Positions 23,940-24,967 of a DNA stretch of 24,967 nucleotides are shown one piece after another; position 1 is the stretch's first letter; each line of letters begins with the position of its first letter. A program made the translations under genes and the position numbers. Under the pieces are notes generated by a model. It made no database searches. It had not been told where the DNA came from and saw only the letters and a list, made by a program, of their open reading frames with translations. Source of the DNA: a virus (Duplodnaviria; Caudoviricetes); the IMG/VR virus record IMGVR_UViG_3300047552_000028, positions 1-24,967 of that record; one strand, written 5' to 3'.

Positions 23940-24967
23940 ATGGCGCGAACTAAGATTTCAGAATTTTCTGCAACACCAGGTGATAACACTGACATTGATG
24001 GTATTAACTTGGCCGAGGGTTGTGCCCCAAGTGGCATTAACAACGCCATCCGCGAGATGATGTCTCAGCTTAAAGATTTCCAAGCTGGCACACAAGGCGA
24101 CTCGTTCAACGGCCCTGTAAACGGTACTGTAGGTGCTACAACGCCGAATACAGGCGCTTTCACGACTCTTTCGTCTACTGGTAACACTACGCTTGGCAAT
24201 GATGCTGGTGACGTTATTACGGTTAACGGTGCAACGACATTTGTTAACTCTAATCCTATTTTGAACGCTGGTACTGCTAACGGAGTTGCTTACCTGAACG
24301 GTTCTAAAGCACTTACCACTGGTACTGCGCTGACGTTTGATGGGACGAGGTTGACGGCTACCTACGCTGCAAATTATGTTGCGCGTTTTGGTTTTGATTC
24401 TTCATACTACATGGATGCTGGATACTACGGGTTTAATGTAGTTGCGCCAGCAAATCCATTCCAAGCATTTTTCTTAAACTCATCCGAACAAATGCGCCTG
24501 ACCAGCACAGGTCTGGGTATTGGGACGAGTTCGCCTAAAGTAAAACTACAAACTGTTGGTGAAGCAGCAGGGCTTCCGACTCTCGGAACATCTTCTGGTG
24601 GATTTCTGATTTCATCTTCAAACGGCCTGTACGGCGTTTATGGCGGCGTAAACGGCTCGACCGGCGATGGTTGGTTTCAGGCGATGCGCAATGACTCTGC
24701 AACGGCTTACAACCTGATCTTGCAACCAAGCGGCGGCAACCTCGGCTTGGGGGTTACTCCGAGTGCTTGGGATGCAACGCTAAAAGTATTTGAGAACAAC
24801 GCAGGTGCTCTGGCTGGATATAGTGCTGGTGGCGTTAAAGCAACTGTGCTTTACACAAACGTATTTTCTTCTGGTGGCGACAAATACAAATCATCTACCA
24901 AAGCATCAAAATTTGAATACGATACCGACAGCGGTTCGTTCAAATGGTACACCGCCCCCTCCGGCAC
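23940..24967 (+). CDS. tail fibre protein, 5' part (runs off the window; not in ORF track)
   Basis: AAGGAG SD; open frame MARTKISEFSATPGDNTDIDGINLAEGCAPSGINNAIREMM...; fibre repeats EQMRLTSTGLGIGTSSP and GNLGLGVTPSAW; no stop to the window end. Confidence 0.88.
   Translation, partial: MARTKISEFSATPGDNTDIDGINLAEGCAPSGINNAIREMMSQLKDFQAGTQGDSFNGPVNGTVGATTPNTGAFTTLSSTGNTTLGNDAGDVITVNGATTFVNSNPILNAGTANGVAYLNGSKALTTGTALTFDGTRLTATYAANYVARFGFDSSYYMDAGYYGFNVVAPANPFQAFFLNSSEQMRLTSTGLGIGTSSPKVKLQTVGEAAGLPTLGTSSGGFLISSSNGLYGVYGGVNGSTGDGWFQAMRNDSATAYNLILQPSGGNLGLGVTPSAWDATLKVFENNAGALAGYSAGGVKATVLYTNVFSSGGDKYKSSTKASKFEYDTDSGSFKWYTAPSG

Overview
Internal ~25 kb segment of a tailed dsDNA phage (or prophage) with a podovirus-type, P22/SU10-like morphogenesis module. 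No host genes, integrase, tRNA or CRISPR array are visible. Almost all genes are on the + strand and tightly coupled. 1-4.7 kb: nin-like accessory region (RuvC-like resolvase, NinB, Zn/HNH-like nuclease, glutaredoxin, modular 'QEPV' proteins, one gene broken by an in-frame TAA). 4.7-6.4 kb: an unlisted minus-strand membrane peptide, a divergent promoter region, a Cys-rich protein, a small basic protein and an ADP-ribosyltransferase-like protein. 6.4-25 kb: TerS, TerL, portal, a two-gene insert, scaffold, major capsid, adaptor/tail proteins, three ejection-type proteins, a reverse-strand HNH-AP2 endonuclease and the start of a tail fibre. Most notable observations: (i) a shared MAGLL N-terminus linking an ejection-type protein to an ART-like enzyme (candidate capsid-loading signal); (ii) a two-hairpin leader with perfectly complementary 7-nt loops in front of the HNH gene; (iii) an 18-bp motif recurring at promoters; (iv) DNA-level junction repeats separating shuffled protein modules. 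Family assignments are from motif recognition by eye; no searches were run.
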